From Candidatus Hadarchaeales archaeon (lineage in GTDB: Archaea; Hadarchaeota; Hadarchaeia; Hadarchaeales; Hadarchaeaceae), in the NCBI GenBank assembly GCA_038851075.1, contig JAWCLG010000008.1, forward strand, positions 1 to 44,566: a stretch of 44,566 nucleotides of DNA. Direction: 5' to 3'. The notes beneath the pieces are model-generated. The model saw nothing but the letters and a program-made list of their open reading frames with translations. It searched no databases and was not told the DNA's origin. This document shows positions 16,533-25,913 of this stretch, one piece after another. Position 1 is the first letter of the stretch, and each line of letters opens with the position of its first letter. The translations under genes were made by a program, and so were the position numbers.

Positions 16533-16946
16533 TCACACCTTCTCCAGCACCTTCAGCAGTCCGTGGATGATTGCCTCGGGCCTGGGTGGACATCCCGGCA
16601 CGTAGGCCGATACCGGGAGAAGTCTGTCAAGCGGCCCCACGACATTATAGCAGTCGTGGAACGCGCATCCCGAGGCAGGACAGGACCCTATGCCCACAAC
16701 CGTCTTCGGCTCAGGCATCTGCTCGTATATCCTCAGGAGCCTGTCCTTCGCCTGTCTTGTGACTGGGCCTGTGACCACGAGTATATCAGCATGTCTTGGG
16801 GAACCGCAGAGCCTCATGCCCATCCTCTCCACGTCGTAGCGCGGGGTGAGTGCCGCAAGTATTTCTATGTCGCATCCGTTGCATCCCCCGCTGTTGAAAT
16901 GAAGCAGCCAGGGAGATTTTTTAATCAGTAGGTTTTTCAGAGCCAT
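16533..16946 (-). CDS. mbhJ: Hydrogenase small subunit (Mbh J, NuoB-like)
   Basis: GGCNGCDIE, SPRHAD, GSCP and VPGCPPRP. Confidence 0.94.
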   Translation of the reverse strand: MALKNLLIKKSPWLLHFNSGGCNGCDIEILAALTPRYDVERMGMRLCGSPRHADILVVTGPVTRQAKDRLLRIYEQMPEPKTVVGIGSCPASGCAFHDCYNVVGPLDRLLPVSAYVPGCPPRPEAIIHGLLKVLEKV

Positions 16947-17278
16947 CCCAGCACCTCCATCAGGAGAAGAATGAAGAAAATCGCAAGCAACCCGCAAACT
17001 GCCCAGAGGATATATCTGCTCAGTTCACCAGTGTGTGCGCTTCCAACTCTATTATAGAACGGCCTTATCACCTTCTTGACAGGAGAGAAGAAGCCGGCGC
17101 TGTCGGGGTGCAGCTCGTCAGGTTTCAGCACCTCTCCACATGAGTACGTTCCCGTCTTTTCCGGGTTCGGTTTTGGCCTGGTAATCCTGCGCGCGGTTAC
17201 CAGAAGAACGTAACCGATGGCCGAACAGAGCAACATCGCCGATGTGACGATGAGAGGATCCCAGATGAACTCTATCAT
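16937..17278 (-). CDS. mbhI: Mbh subunit I
   Basis: ATG at 17278 (ATGA overlap). TM - KTGTYSCGE - HTGELSRY - TM pattern; position between mbhH and mbhJ. Confidence 0.8.
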   Translation of the reverse strand: MIEFIWDPLIVTSAMLLCSAIGYVLLVTARRITRPKPNPEKTGTYSCGEVLKPDELHPDSAGFFSPVKKVIRPFYNRVGSAHTGELSRYILWAVCGLLAIFFILLLMEVLGWL

Positions 17279-18813
17279 GACAGTGCCCCCAGCATCCCCA
17301 GGTAGTTCTCCCCCATCACATTTCTGATGTAGCTGACCGAGTTTTCGGCCGCGGCCTGCGCCGGGCCCACAACGTTGAACCCGATCACAGGAAGCAGGCC
17401 GACGATCACGCACAGAGCAGCCATGACTGCCATGGAGGCCAGCATCGGCTTCGGTGCCTCTTTAACTCCGTCCATTTTTTCGCGGAGCGGTCCCAGAAAA
17501 ACCGAGCTGAATGCCTTCATGAAACTGGCAAGGGTCAGCACGCTGACAAGAACAGAGATGGCCGTTATCCACCCATGGCCGATTTCGATTCCTGACAGGT
17601 AGATGCAGTACTTGCTCACGAACCCGTTCATCGGAGGAATTCCGGATATTGACAGCGCACCGATCAAAAATATCGCGGCGGTGAACGGCATCTTCTTGCT
17701 CAGACCTCCGAGCTCGTCGAACTTCTGGCTTCCAGCCTGAAGCAGAACGGATCCCGCGCACATGAAGAGGAGGCATTTGTATGTGGAGTGATTGAGAAGA
17801 TGAAAGAGTCCACCCTGCGCGCCGATAACGCTTCCAAGCGTGCCGAGCCCGATCCCCAGCACCATGTACCCCTTCTGACTTATGACGTGATAGGCAAGCA
17901 TTCTCTTGAAATCCTTCTGCACGAGCGCCATCAGAACTCCGACCACCATGCTCAGCAGTCCGAGGGCGATCAAAAGTACCCCCACCGGCATTCCAAACGG
18001 CAGGTATGGCAGCTTGGCCACCCAGTATATCCCGACCACCGCGGCCGGCCCGGCAAGCAGCGCGCTGATGACCGTCGGCGCACCAGTAAACGCGTCCGGC
18101 AGCCATGTGTGAAAGGGGACCATTGCCACTTTTACCATCACGCCGGTGACAAAGAGCGCAAATGCGAGCACGAGAGCCGGCGGGACATTCCCTGAGTACA
18201 GCATGAGCTTTGCCCCAATGTCTGCGATATTCAGGCTGCCGACCAGTCCGTAAAGCAGCGCCACGCTTATAAGAATGAATGTTGTGCCGATCGATCCGAT
18301 GAAGAGGTACTTTATTCCTCCCTCGACTCCTTCAGGGTTTCGCTTGAACGACACGAGCGCATAAGAGCCAACCGACATTATCTCAAGAAAAACGTAAAAG
18401 TTAAACATGTCCCCCGTTAGCACGATTCCCATCATCCCCGCGACCACTATGAGCATCAGGGCGTAGAAGTGATCAAGCCCGGTTTCGTTTTTCATGTAGG
18501 AAACTGAGTAGATAAAGACGAGCAGCCCCAGGCCCGCTATCATGAGAGCCATCTGCGCGCCCAGTCCGTCAACGGCAAGATTTATTCCAAACGGCGGGCT
18601 CCAGCCTCCGAGCTCGTACATAACGAACTGACCTCCCCACACGTCCGCGACCATGCTTGCCACTAGAACGCACGTCAGTGCCATAACAGAAAGTGCTAGA
18701 ACTGCAGGGGCCCTTTTCCAGCCGTATTTTTTGGCTAGCATGCCTGTAATGGGTGATAGGAATCCCCCGATCAGCGGAAGAAGGATGCTGAGTATAGGCG
18801 CGTGCGGGATCAT
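17275..18813 (-). CDS. mbhH: Mbh subunit H (MrpD/NuoM-like antiporter subunit)
   Basis: TGDMFNFYVFLEIM, PFHTWLPDA, KRMLAYH and SGIPPMNGFVSK; about 14 TMs. Confidence 0.93.
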   Translation of the reverse strand: MIPHAPILSILLPLIGGFLSPITGMLAKKYGWKRAPAVLALSVMALTCVLVASMVADVWGGQFVMYELGGWSPPFGINLAVDGLGAQMALMIAGLGLLVFIYSVSYMKNETGLDHFYALMLIVVAGMMGIVLTGDMFNFYVFLEIMSVGSYALVSFKRNPEGVEGGIKYLFIGSIGTTFILISVALLYGLVGSLNIADIGAKLMLYSGNVPPALVLAFALFVTGVMVKVAMVPFHTWLPDAFTGAPTVISALLAGPAAVVGIYWVAKLPYLPFGMPVGVLLIALGLLSMVVGVLMALVQKDFKRMLAYHVISQKGYMVLGIGLGTLGSVIGAQGGLFHLLNHSTYKCLLFMCAGSVLLQAGSQKFDELGGLSKKMPFTAAIFLIGALSISGIPPMNGFVSKYCIYLSGIEIGHGWITAISVLVSVLTLASFMKAFSSVFLGPLREKMDGVKEAPKPMLASMAVMAALCVIVGLLPVIGFNVVGPAQAAAENSVSYIRNVMGENYLGMLGALS

Positions 18814-19169
18814 TCTCGCAGCCTCCTAATCTCGGATGGATCAAGGGTCCCGTAGTTCCTGTACACGTGTATCGCCAGCGAGAGGGCAAGCGCGAGTATG
18901 CACACGTTTATTACTATAGACGTAAGGACCAGCGCCTGCGGGACGGGATCGACCGCGCTTGTGGCAAATTCCTGAATGTTATTGAGCAGGTTTCCGGTGA
19001 TTATGGGAGCAATCCCTCCGGCGCGGTATCCGAGGCTTATCAAAAACAGATGCACTCCGTCCGTAATGACCGACAGACCTATGATCATCTTTATGAGGTT
19101 TCTTTTCGTTAGCACGCAGTATAACCCGAGAGAAACAAGCAGCATGGCTACGGCGTAGTTCAGGCTCAT
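18810..19169 (-). CDS. mbhG: Mbh subunit G (MrpC-like)
   Basis: NLIKMIIGL and DPVPQALVLTSIVI. Confidence 0.92.
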   Translation of the reverse strand: MSLNYAVAMLLVSLGLYCVLTKRNLIKMIIGLSVITDGVHLFLISLGYRAGGIAPIITGNLLNNIQEFATSAVDPVPQALVLTSIVINVCILALALSLAIHVYRNYGTLDPSEIRRLRE

Positions 19170-19170
19170 C

Positions 19171-19599
19171 TCACTCCTCCCCCAACGCGAACAGCATTGA
19201 GTAAAATATCAGTAGAATGCCGGCGGTCACTTTTATGCCAACCCCCAGGTAGAGAAAAGGGATTATCCCGCCGCTGAATATGTCCCCGATCCATCCAAGC
19301 GGAAACACGTTCTGCAGAAATGACATGCTCAGGGATATCCCGAGAAGTCCGAGAACCACTATGCTGATCCCTCCAATGCTCTCCAGCGCCTCCGCCCTCA
19401 TCATCACGATTTCTTTTTTTGTTCCAGAGAGCCCGTACGCCAAGATAACAGCCACAAATGCGGATGCTATTATCACGCCTCCCGGGAATCCACCGCCGGG
19501 CGAAAGGTGTCCGTGCGCCACCATATAAGCTCCAAAAAGCGCGATGAACGGTAAAAGTAGCCTGGTAATCGTCTTTGTGATCAGGCTCATTCCGCTCAT
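19171..19599 (-). CDS. mbhF: Mbh subunit F (MrpB-like)
   Basis: HGHLSPGGGFPGG and GIKV. Confidence 0.92.
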   Translation of the reverse strand: MSGMSLITKTITRLLLPFIALFGAYMVAHGHLSPGGGFPGGVIIASAFVAVILAYGLSGTKKEIVMMRAEALESIGGISIVVLGLLGISLSMSFLQNVFPLGWIGDIFSGGIIPFLYLGVGIKVTAGILLIFYSMLFALGEE

Positions 19600-19901
19600 T
19601 TTCGCCTCCTCCTAGCGGCTCTGAATATCGCCACGACTCCGAGCACCGCCGTGAAAAGCACCGTTGCCTCACCGAGAGTGTCGTAGCCTCTGTACCCCCA
19701 CACAACATCGGTTACAGCATTACCGGAACCGGTTTGGGGCAGAGCATTTTCCAGGATATTCTGCCCAACGGCGTTCTCGCTGCGCGGACCTATGGTCCTT
19801 GACGGAAAGGAGCCGAATTCAGGGATGGAGGTGTACACTGCAAAAATCATCACCGCTCCCAGTATCACGACCAGCAGCACAGGTGCCTTAGAACCCTTCA
19901 T
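19596..19901 (-). CDS. mbhE: Mbh subunit E
   Basis: NAVTDVVWGYRGYDTLGEATVLF. Confidence 0.9.
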   Translation of the reverse strand: MKGSKAPVLLVVILGAVMIFAVYTSIPEFGSFPSRTIGPRSENAVGQNILENALPQTGSGNAVTDVVWGYRGYDTLGEATVLFTAVLGVVAIFRAARRRRK

Positions 19902-20140
19902 CTCTCCTCACTCCTTGTCCTGCTTATCGCTATCACGAAAAGCACGGTGGTCACCCCGGCGCCAACGGCAGCCTGAGTTATCGCTATGTCCGGCGCCTGG
20001 AGCGTGTAGAAAACCACGGCGAGCAGAATGCTTGCTCCCGCCAGAACTATCACCGAGTGCAGGATGTTTCTCGACTCAATGGCGATCACGTAAAGCACCA
20101 GCATGAAGATGAGCAGGATGGAGTTCAGCAGGTCAATCAT
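19898..20140 (-). CDS. mbhD: Mbh subunit D (DUF4040)
   Basis: LQAPDIAITQAAVGAG. Confidence 0.9.
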   Translation of the reverse strand: MIDLLNSILLIFMLVLYVIAIESRNILHSVIVLAGASILLAVVFYTLQAPDIAITQAAVGAGVTTVLFVIAISRTRSEER

Positions 20141-20463
20141 TTCTTAACCTCCTTCAGCCTGTCCGCCACGCTTTTCTCCCAGAGCTTTACGCCTGACCTG
20201 TGGGCGGCTCTCGCTATCGCATGCGAGGTAACCGGAGAAGTTATGAAAAGAAAGAGGGCTATCAGGGCAGCTTTGAGCGTGAATGAGCTGAGTCCGCCCA
20301 TGATTGATACCCCGAGTATCGAGGTGATCGCTCCGCCGACCACAACCACGGTGTTTGCGTGGATGCGGTTGTAGACGTCTGGAAATCTCAACAGCCCTAT
20401 GGATCCGGCGATCGAGCAGAACCCCCCGATCATCAGAAGCGCGTATCCGATCAGCTCTATCAT
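20137..20463 (-). CDS. mbhC: Mbh subunit C (MrpG-like)
   Basis: GLLRFPDVYNRIHA and SPVTSHAIARAA. Confidence 0.92.
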   Translation of the reverse strand: MIELIGYALLMIGGFCSIAGSIGLLRFPDVYNRIHANTVVVVGGAITSILGVSIMGGLSSFTLKAALIALFLFITSPVTSHAIARAAHRSGVKLWEKSVADRLKEVKK

Positions 20464-20720
20464 GATCCCAGCTCCCCGCTATCCAGATACTTCGCCACCG
20501 CCAGGCTCCCTATGAATGCCAGCATGGCGTACACGAGAGCCACGTCAAGGTAAATCTGCGCCCGATAATGAAAACCAAGCAACACGAGAACGCTTATTGA
20601 TATGGCGATCAGCGCGTCGATGCCCACAACCCTGTCCGGAGCGGTGGGGCCAAGCGCCGCCCTGAGCGCGCACATCACTCCTGCGGCGATCATCACATAT
20701 ATTACGATTAATTCGATCAT
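20460..20720 (-). CDS. mbhB: Mbh subunit B (MrpF-like)
   Basis: GPTAPDRVVGID and YLDVALVYAMLAF. Confidence 0.92.
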   Translation of the reverse strand: MIELIVIYVMIAAGVMCALRAALGPTAPDRVVGIDALIAISISVLVLLGFHYRAQIYLDVALVYAMLAFIGSLAVAKYLDSGELGS

Positions 20721-21220
20721 CCCGCGATCCTCCTCAAAAACCTTTCAAACTGTCCCGAGATTTCACTCGCGGCACGTGCTGGTTCTGTGGACTTTACGTC
20801 TATCCAGTGCACATACAATTTTCCACCGTTCTCGTCTGCGTCGACGCTCAGAGTGCCAGGCGTCATGGTTATCGAGTTGGCCAGCCATGTTGTCCCGACA
20901 TCGGTCCTCAGCGATGTCGGCACCTCGACTATCCCAGGCTTTATCGGTGTTCTCGGATGAAGCGCGAGATAGATCACTTTCAGGTGAGACTTTATCTCAG
21001 CCCACAGGTAAACGAAGATATAGGCGATGAGGTATGCCAGTCTTCCGGGATGGAGTATTCCAGCCACCCCTTTTCTGAAAAGAAACCTGTAGGAGAACGT
21101 GGAGATTATGAGAGAGGCGATGGCGCCGACCGCGACTTCATGGGGATCAAGCGATGCTGTCAGCAGGATCCACGTGCACCAGAGGCAGATGAACGTGCCC
21201 GGCAGTCTCGCGCCAATCAC
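20717..21220 (-). CDS. mbhA: Mbh subunit A (MrpE-like)
   Basis: IKPGIV, LANSITMTPGTL and LYVHWI. Confidence 0.92.
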   Translation of the reverse strand: MIGARLPGTFICLWCTWILLTASLDPHEVAVGAIASLIISTFSYRFLFRKGVAGILHPGRLAYLIAYIFVYLWAEIKSHLKVIYLALHPRTPIKPGIVEVPTSLRTDVGTTWLANSITMTPGTLSVDADENGGKLYVHWIDVKSTEPARAASEISGQFERFLRRIAG

Positions 21221-21322
21221 AGCAATGCCCGGTTGGTAATCTGCGGTGTTCTCTTTAATCTTTCCTTTTTAAAAAACCAGAAATAATAAAATTTTGAGCT
21301 GAATTAAACTGTCAGTAATACT

Positions 21323-22108
21323 TCATATCTTGTCCAGAGCTTTTGAGAATTCCTCGAACTTTGACTCCAGGACCTTTGCAGCCTTGACTATTATCTGGTC
21401 AGGCGGAATGCTGCCGGTTGACTCCACGCGGAATATGAACCCAGTGCTGTCTCCGGATACCTTTATAGAATTGCTCGGGCAGACCTCAGAGCAGCTCCTG
21501 CATAGCGTGCATTCGTAAATGTTTTTCACCCGCAGTTTTCCGTCAGATATCTCCAGTATGCGTTTCGGGCAGGCTTTGACGCAGTCGCCACATGCCGTGC
21601 AAGTCTTTTCGATTTCGATGACGGGCATGTATTTGTAGGCCACAGTGCCAGGCTGCCATTTGGCGTGGTTCTTCCCGAATCCTAGCCTTGCTATTGCAGT
21701 GAACTCGAGTTTCTGTTCCTTCTCCAGCTTCACTATCGGTATAGATGGGTTTACCGGAACGACCTCATCATCAGAGGATTTCAGGTCACCGCTCATCACC
21801 GTGCACGGCCCTTCCGCCTTCAACGTCAGCTCAACGCTGCATTCAGGACATCTCCCCTCCCTGCATCCGCACTTTCCAGGAATTTTGTATCCTTTGGCCG
21901 GAGTTCTGAGCGGAACGAGCGCCAGCCTGTGGGCGATCATCTCGTCGTAGAGCGCGGAGTCATTTGATATGAACTCGACCTCATCTATCGCCATGATCGG
22001 GATCTCGTATATCGCGGCTCTCCTCAGGGAATTGGCGAAGGCGGGGTTTGACTCCGAGAGCACAAATTCCATTTCCGCGTCTTCAAGTTTTTTTATTTCG
22101 ACTTTCAT
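21323..22108 (-). CDS. rpoD: DNA-directed RNA polymerase subunit D (Rpo3) with ferredoxin-like domain
   Basis: ANSLRR, NDSALYDEMIAHRLAL, HAKWQP and two CxxCxxCxxxCP motifs. Alternative start at 22126. Confidence 0.95.
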   Translation of the reverse strand: MKVEIKKLEDAEMEFVLSESNPAFANSLRRAAIYEIPIMAIDEVEFISNDSALYDEMIAHRLALVPLRTPAKGYKIPGKCGCREGRCPECSVELTLKAEGPCTVMSGDLKSSDDEVVPVNPSIPIVKLEKEQKLEFTAIARLGFGKNHAKWQPGTVAYKYMPVIEIEKTCTACGDCVKACPKRILEISDGKLRVKNIYECTLCRSCSEVCPSNSIKVSGDSTGFIFRVESTGSIPPDQIIVKAAKVLESKFEEFSKALDKI

Positions 22109-22156
22109 TTCTTCACATCCCGGCATCTCAAGGTCTTTAGTTCGGGGTATTCTTAT

Positions 22157-22546
22157 TTATACCCTGCGGCCCCTTCTTCCTCCCTTCTTTCTGCACCCGT
22201 CCGTTGGAGTCGGAGTTGCGTCCTCTATCCTCCCTATCTTCAGACCGGCGCGCGCGAGCGCCCGGATGGCGGCCTGTGCTCCCGGACCCGGGGTCTTTGA
22301 GCCGCTGCCGCCGGGTGCCCTTACCTTTATGTGCACTCCGACGAATCCCTTTTCTCTCGCCTCCTCTGCGGCTCTGGTCGAAGCTTGCATTGCGGCGTAT
22401 GGAGACGATTCCTCCCTGTCGGCCTTCACTATCATCCCTCCGGAGCACTTGGCGACTGTCTCAGCTCCAGTCAGGTCAGTTATGTGTATTATCGTGTTGT
22501 TGAAAGAGGAATAGATGTGTGCAACGCCCCATTTACCCTCGGCCAT
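22157..22546 (-). CDS. rps11: 30S ribosomal protein uS11
   Basis: [25 protein letters not shown] and GGRRGRRV. Confidence 0.97.
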   Translation of the reverse strand: MAEGKWGVAHIYSSFNNTIIHITDLTGAETVAKCSGGMIVKADREESSPYAAMQASTRAAEEAREKGFVGVHIKVRAPGGSGSKTPGPGAQAAIRALARAGLKIGRIEDATPTPTDGCRKKGGRRGRRV

Positions 22547-23100
22547 CAGCTCACCTCTCCTTCACCAGCTCCCGTTTCAGGGGTGCTTTCCACGGCTTCT
22601 GTTTTTTCCGGATGCGGTTCCCCGCCGCCGGTTGGTGCGGCTCTCGTGCAGCTGATCATATTTTCTTCATCAACCGTTACGAGGTGGCTGGGCACATTCA
22701 CCCTCCTGTCTCCTATCTTAATGTGTCCGTGGACCACAAGCTGTCGAGCCTCCCTCTGAGTTCTCGCGAGTCCCTTGCGGTGGACTATGGTCTGAAGGCG
22801 CCTCTCAAGCAGCTTTTCAACATCAAGACCCAGCACGTCATCCAGGGTCGCGTTTTCACCAACAAGACCCAGCCTGCGAAGCCTCTCGAGCAGCTGTCTG
22901 GTTTCCAGCATCGCCTGAGGTCCGGAAGCGGCAAGCAGGTTTCTGGCCTGCCTGCGGAAGTTTCTGAGTATTGTCTGGGTTCTCCATATCTCCCTCTTGC
23001 GCCTCAGACCGAACTTGCGCAGAAGCTGGTCTTCCGCGTCCATTCTTTCCTTTTCCCACGGATGTGAGGGCCTCTGATATTTTTTCCTCTGCCTTTTCAC
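22546..23100 (-). CDS. rps4: 30S ribosomal protein uS4
   Basis: [21 protein letters not shown] and [10 protein letters not shown]. Confidence 0.96.
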   Translation of the reverse strand: MKRQRKKYQRPSHPWEKERMDAEDQLLRKFGLRRKREIWRTQTILRNFRRQARNLLAASGPQAMLETRQLLERLRRLGLVGENATLDDVLGLDVEKLLERRLQTIVHRKGLARTQREARQLVVHGHIKIGDRRVNVPSHLVTVDEENMISCTRAAPTGGGEPHPEKTEAVESTPETGAGEGEVS

Positions 23101-23657
23101 TTGCCCGCCTCCTTGCTTCCTTCTTCCTTCTTCGGCTCCTTTGGCTGTTCGGCCTTCTGCTCTTTCTTTTCGGCCTTGCCCTCTTTCGCCGCCTGTTCCG
23201 TCTGGATTTTTACCTCCTTTCTCATAACTCCAACAGTGAGTCCCTTCCTGCCGGTCGTCTTTGTTCTCTGCCCACGTACGGGGAGTCCGAGTTCGTGTCT
23301 TATGCCCCTTCTGCTCCTCATTTTTTTCTCCCTTCCTATGTCGGCCTTGATGGTGAGGTCAACCTCCGATCCAATCATATGGTGTTCACCGCCCCTTTCG
23401 TAGTCTTTCCTGCGGTTAACAATGAAAACCGGAATCCCGTGCTCTGTTGGGTTTTTCATGATATTTTCGATGAGTTCAACCTGCTCTGGCTTGAGGTTGC
23501 CCAGCTTGGTGTTCGGGTCTATTCCGGATGCGTACATGACTGCCCTCGCGTACGCTAGCCCCACGCCCTTTATGCCGGTGAGGGCCATCAGCACCTTCTT
23601 TTCTCCGGGAAGGTCTTTCCCTGCTACCCGAACTATGTGCCGGAACTCCTCTGTCAT
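23097..23657 (-). CDS. rps13: 30S ribosomal protein uS13
   Basis: [17 protein letters not shown] and [15 protein letters not shown]. Confidence 0.96.
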   Translation of the reverse strand: MTEEFRHIVRVAGKDLPGEKKVLMALTGIKGVGLAYARAVMYASGIDPNTKLGNLKPEQVELIENIMKNPTEHGIPVFIVNRRKDYERGGEHHMIGSEVDLTIKADIGREKKMRSRRGIRHELGLPVRGQRTKTTGRKGLTVGVMRKEVKIQTEQAAKEGKAEKKEQKAEQPKEPKKEEGSKEAGK

Positions 23658-23688
23658 GACATCAAGCCTTTTCTACATCTGCCATTGT

Positions 23689-23706
23689 ATTTATAAGTTA
23701 TTTCGG
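23689..23706 (-). promoter_or_regulatory. BRE/TATA of the rps13 operon
   Basis: Minus strand CCGAAATAAC-TTATAAAT, about 32 nt upstream of the rps13 ATG. Confidence 0.5.
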
Positions 23707-23709
23707 ATT

Positions 23710-23797
23710 TGGCGCCGGGGAGGGGATTTGAACCCCTGAGGCCCAGAGGGCCACACGCTCTCCAGGCGTGCGCATTACCTGGCTTTGCTACCCCGGC
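23710..23797 (-). tRNA. tRNA-Ser(GGA), CCA encoded
   Basis: Acceptor stem GCCGGGG/CCCCGGC-G-CCA, anticodon arm CACGC-CTGGAGA-GCGTG, long variable arm and TTCAAAT T-loop. Confidence 0.95.
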
Positions 23798-23837
23798 TCA
23801 AAATAAATCTGATGCGGGGCGGTATAACTGCATTCGT

Positions 23838-24830
23838 TCACTTCTTCCACATTCTTGGATAGGTGCCCGGGCTCATCACAACGCGCTCGGGTTTTGCAAC
23901 GATTCCGTGTTCGACCTCATATATCTCTCTCGAGTTCATCGTTGTTACGGCTATGCACACGAGCTCTCCCTTCTGAGTCATTACTGCGGCGAGCTCTCCG
24001 GCCTTGATCGGATCATCCACTGAGAGCACCCCGGGAGCTGCTAGGCCCGCCCCCCTGCAGAGCGCATCGACCGCTCCATCCCTTATCACTATTTTTGGCA
24101 GGTGTCCGACCGCGGCCTCTACGGGAAGAATCGTCTTTCTCAGCAGGCTTTCATCTCCGTTTTCTTTCCAGAACTCGTATGAGTCAACCACATCCTGGAG
24201 CTTCACCGCTTTATCCTCGCTGAATGGTCCGGTTCTCGTCCTCCTGAGGCAGCTCATGTGGGCGCCGGGCCCCATTGCGTCCCCCATGTCGCTGACAAGC
24301 TTTCTTATGTAAGTCCCGGCCTCGCATCCCACCCTGAAGAGCACGTCTCTTCCTTCCCTCTCCAGCAGTTCCATGTAGTATATCCTCCTCACGCGTAGCC
24401 TTCTCCTCACGGCTGCCCTGAGAGGCGGCTTCTGGTATATCTCTCCCGAGAATTCATTCATTGTACTTTTCAGGAGTTCGTCGGAAACGTCGCCGTGAAG
24501 GTGCATGACGCAGACGTACTCCTTGCCCGCGGGCAGCAGCGTCTGCACCATCTTTGTTGCGTCCTCGATCGCTACCGGAAGCACACCGCTTACCGCCGGG
24601 TCGAGCGTGCCTCCGTGCCCCGCGCGTTTCAGGTTTAGAACCTTTTTTAGCCAGGCGACCACCTCGTGCGATGTCGGGCCGGGGGGCTTGTCGAGGTTTA
24701 TAACGCCGAGCCTCATGTGCTCCCGGATCGAACGCTTTTCCGGCCTGGTCCCGTGTTCCGGGTCGGGGATTTCGTGCCCTTTTATCAGAGGTTTTCTCTC
24801 GATATCACAAGGTAGCCCGTTCAAATACAC
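23838..24830 (-). CDS. cbf5: H/ACA pseudouridine synthase Cbf5 (TruB family)
   Basis: DKPPGPTSHEV, GHGGTLDP, CEAGTYIR, PUA domain and YPRMW. Confidence 0.96.
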   Translation of the reverse strand: MYLNGLPCDIERKPLIKGHEIPDPEHGTRPEKRSIREHMRLGVINLDKPPGPTSHEVVAWLKKVLNLKRAGHGGTLDPAVSGVLPVAIEDATKMVQTLLPAGKEYVCVMHLHGDVSDELLKSTMNEFSGEIYQKPPLRAAVRRRLRVRRIYYMELLEREGRDVLFRVGCEAGTYIRKLVSDMGDAMGPGAHMSCLRRTRTGPFSEDKAVKLQDVVDSYEFWKENGDESLLRKTILPVEAAVGHLPKIVIRDGAVDALCRGAGLAAPGVLSVDDPIKAGELAAVMTQKGELVCIAVTTMNSREIYEVEHGIVAKPERVVMSPGTYPRMWKK

Positions 24831-24836
24831 ACCAGC

Positions 24837-25064
24837 TCAGCCCGCAGACTCGAGGGCCTTTTTCACGTCCTCGTCCCCGCATCCTCTCTGGATATCCAGC
24901 TTTTTTTCGGTCGGGTGCAGGTGCGATATGTTGCAACGCCTGCGTTTCACCCTCGGTCCGCTCACGATCACATAGTTTCTGTCGACGATATCGACCACCA
25001 CGCACTTTTCTCCTGCCTCGTGCCCGGCCAGCTTTATACATACCCTTCCGATTTCCATCACCAT
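24837..25064 (-). CDS. rpl14e: 50S ribosomal protein eL14
   Basis: EIGRVCIKLAGHEAG and VKRRRCNISHL. Confidence 0.93.
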   Translation of the reverse strand: MVMEIGRVCIKLAGHEAGEKCVVVDIVDRNYVIVSGPRVKRRRCNISHLHPTEKKLDIQRGCGDEDVKKALESAG

Positions 25065-25110
25065 TCTGTTCCCCCTCCCATTCATTAAGAATCCAGGCGT
25101 AAAAATTTGT

Positions 25111-25644
25111 TCAGTCGTCGCCGAGCAGCGCTTTGATTGCGGCCTCCAGGGTTTTTATCATCCTCTCGGCGGGTATCCTCTGCGTGTTCATCACTATGTC
25201 GAAGGGCGTGATGTCCTTAACATCGATCCTGTAAAGTTTTTTGAACCTTATCTCCTCGCTTTTTTCCCTTCTCACGGTTTCCTTCAGCACATCATCGTAT
25301 TTTCTTCGTTCCCTCCTGCATATCCTCCTCACCCTGGTCTCCAGCGGGGCCGTTAGGAGGATCCTGACGTCAGCGTTCTTTATCGTCCACCCCGACAACC
25401 TCCCATCTATTACCGCATTTCCCTTTCCCGCTTCTTCACCCGCCCGCTTTTCTATCGCAAGGTCAATCTCAGGATGAGACTCCGCGTACCTGGAGAACTC
25501 CCCGAGGCTCATCGACCTCTCCTCGGCCATTTTTCTGAAAATCTCTCCGGAGCAGACGTACCTGAGTCCCATTCTTCTGGCGAGCGCTGCGGCGGCCGTG
25601 CTTTTGCCGGTGCCGTGCAGGCCGCTTATCGTGATAACTGGCAA
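25111..25644 (-). CDS. cmk: Archaeal cytidylate kinase
   Basis: TTG start at 25644. ITISGLHGTGKST, GEIFRKMA and DGRLSGW; conserved position between rpl34e and rpl14e. Confidence 0.9.
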   Translation of the reverse strand: MPVITISGLHGTGKSTAAAALARRMGLRYVCSGEIFRKMAEERSMSLGEFSRYAESHPEIDLAIEKRAGEEAGKGNAVIDGRLSGWTIKNADVRILLTAPLETRVRRICRRERRKYDDVLKETVRREKSEEIRFKKLYRIDVKDITPFDIVMNTQRIPAERMIKTLEAAIKALLGDD

Positions 25645-25648
25645 ATTT

Positions 25649-25912
25649 TCACTCCCGGATCGCGGACAGTATTGCCCTTCTCGCGCACGATGGACAGAGA
25701 TTCCCGCCAAACGGTCTGTTCGGGCTCTTTGAGCTGGCGGGCATCTTTGAAAGTTCCCCGCTTCCACCCGTGGGAACCCCGCCGAGCGGTCTGCCGCACA
25801 TCGCGCATGATGCTTTTCCGGGTTTTTTCCTCACGTGGCTTATCCTGACCCCGGTCACGGTCCTTACTTTTCTTTTCGAGAATCCTCTTGTTCTGTATCT
25901 TCTTGCCGGCAT
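25649..25912 (-). CDS. rpl34e: 50S ribosomal protein eL34
   Basis: CAMCGRPL and PNRPFGGNLCPSC. Confidence 0.94.
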   Translation of the reverse strand: MPARRYRTRGFSKRKVRTVTGVRISHVRKKPGKASCAMCGRPLGGVPTGGSGELSKMPASSKSPNRPFGGNLCPSCARRAILSAIRE

Positions 25913-25913
25913 A

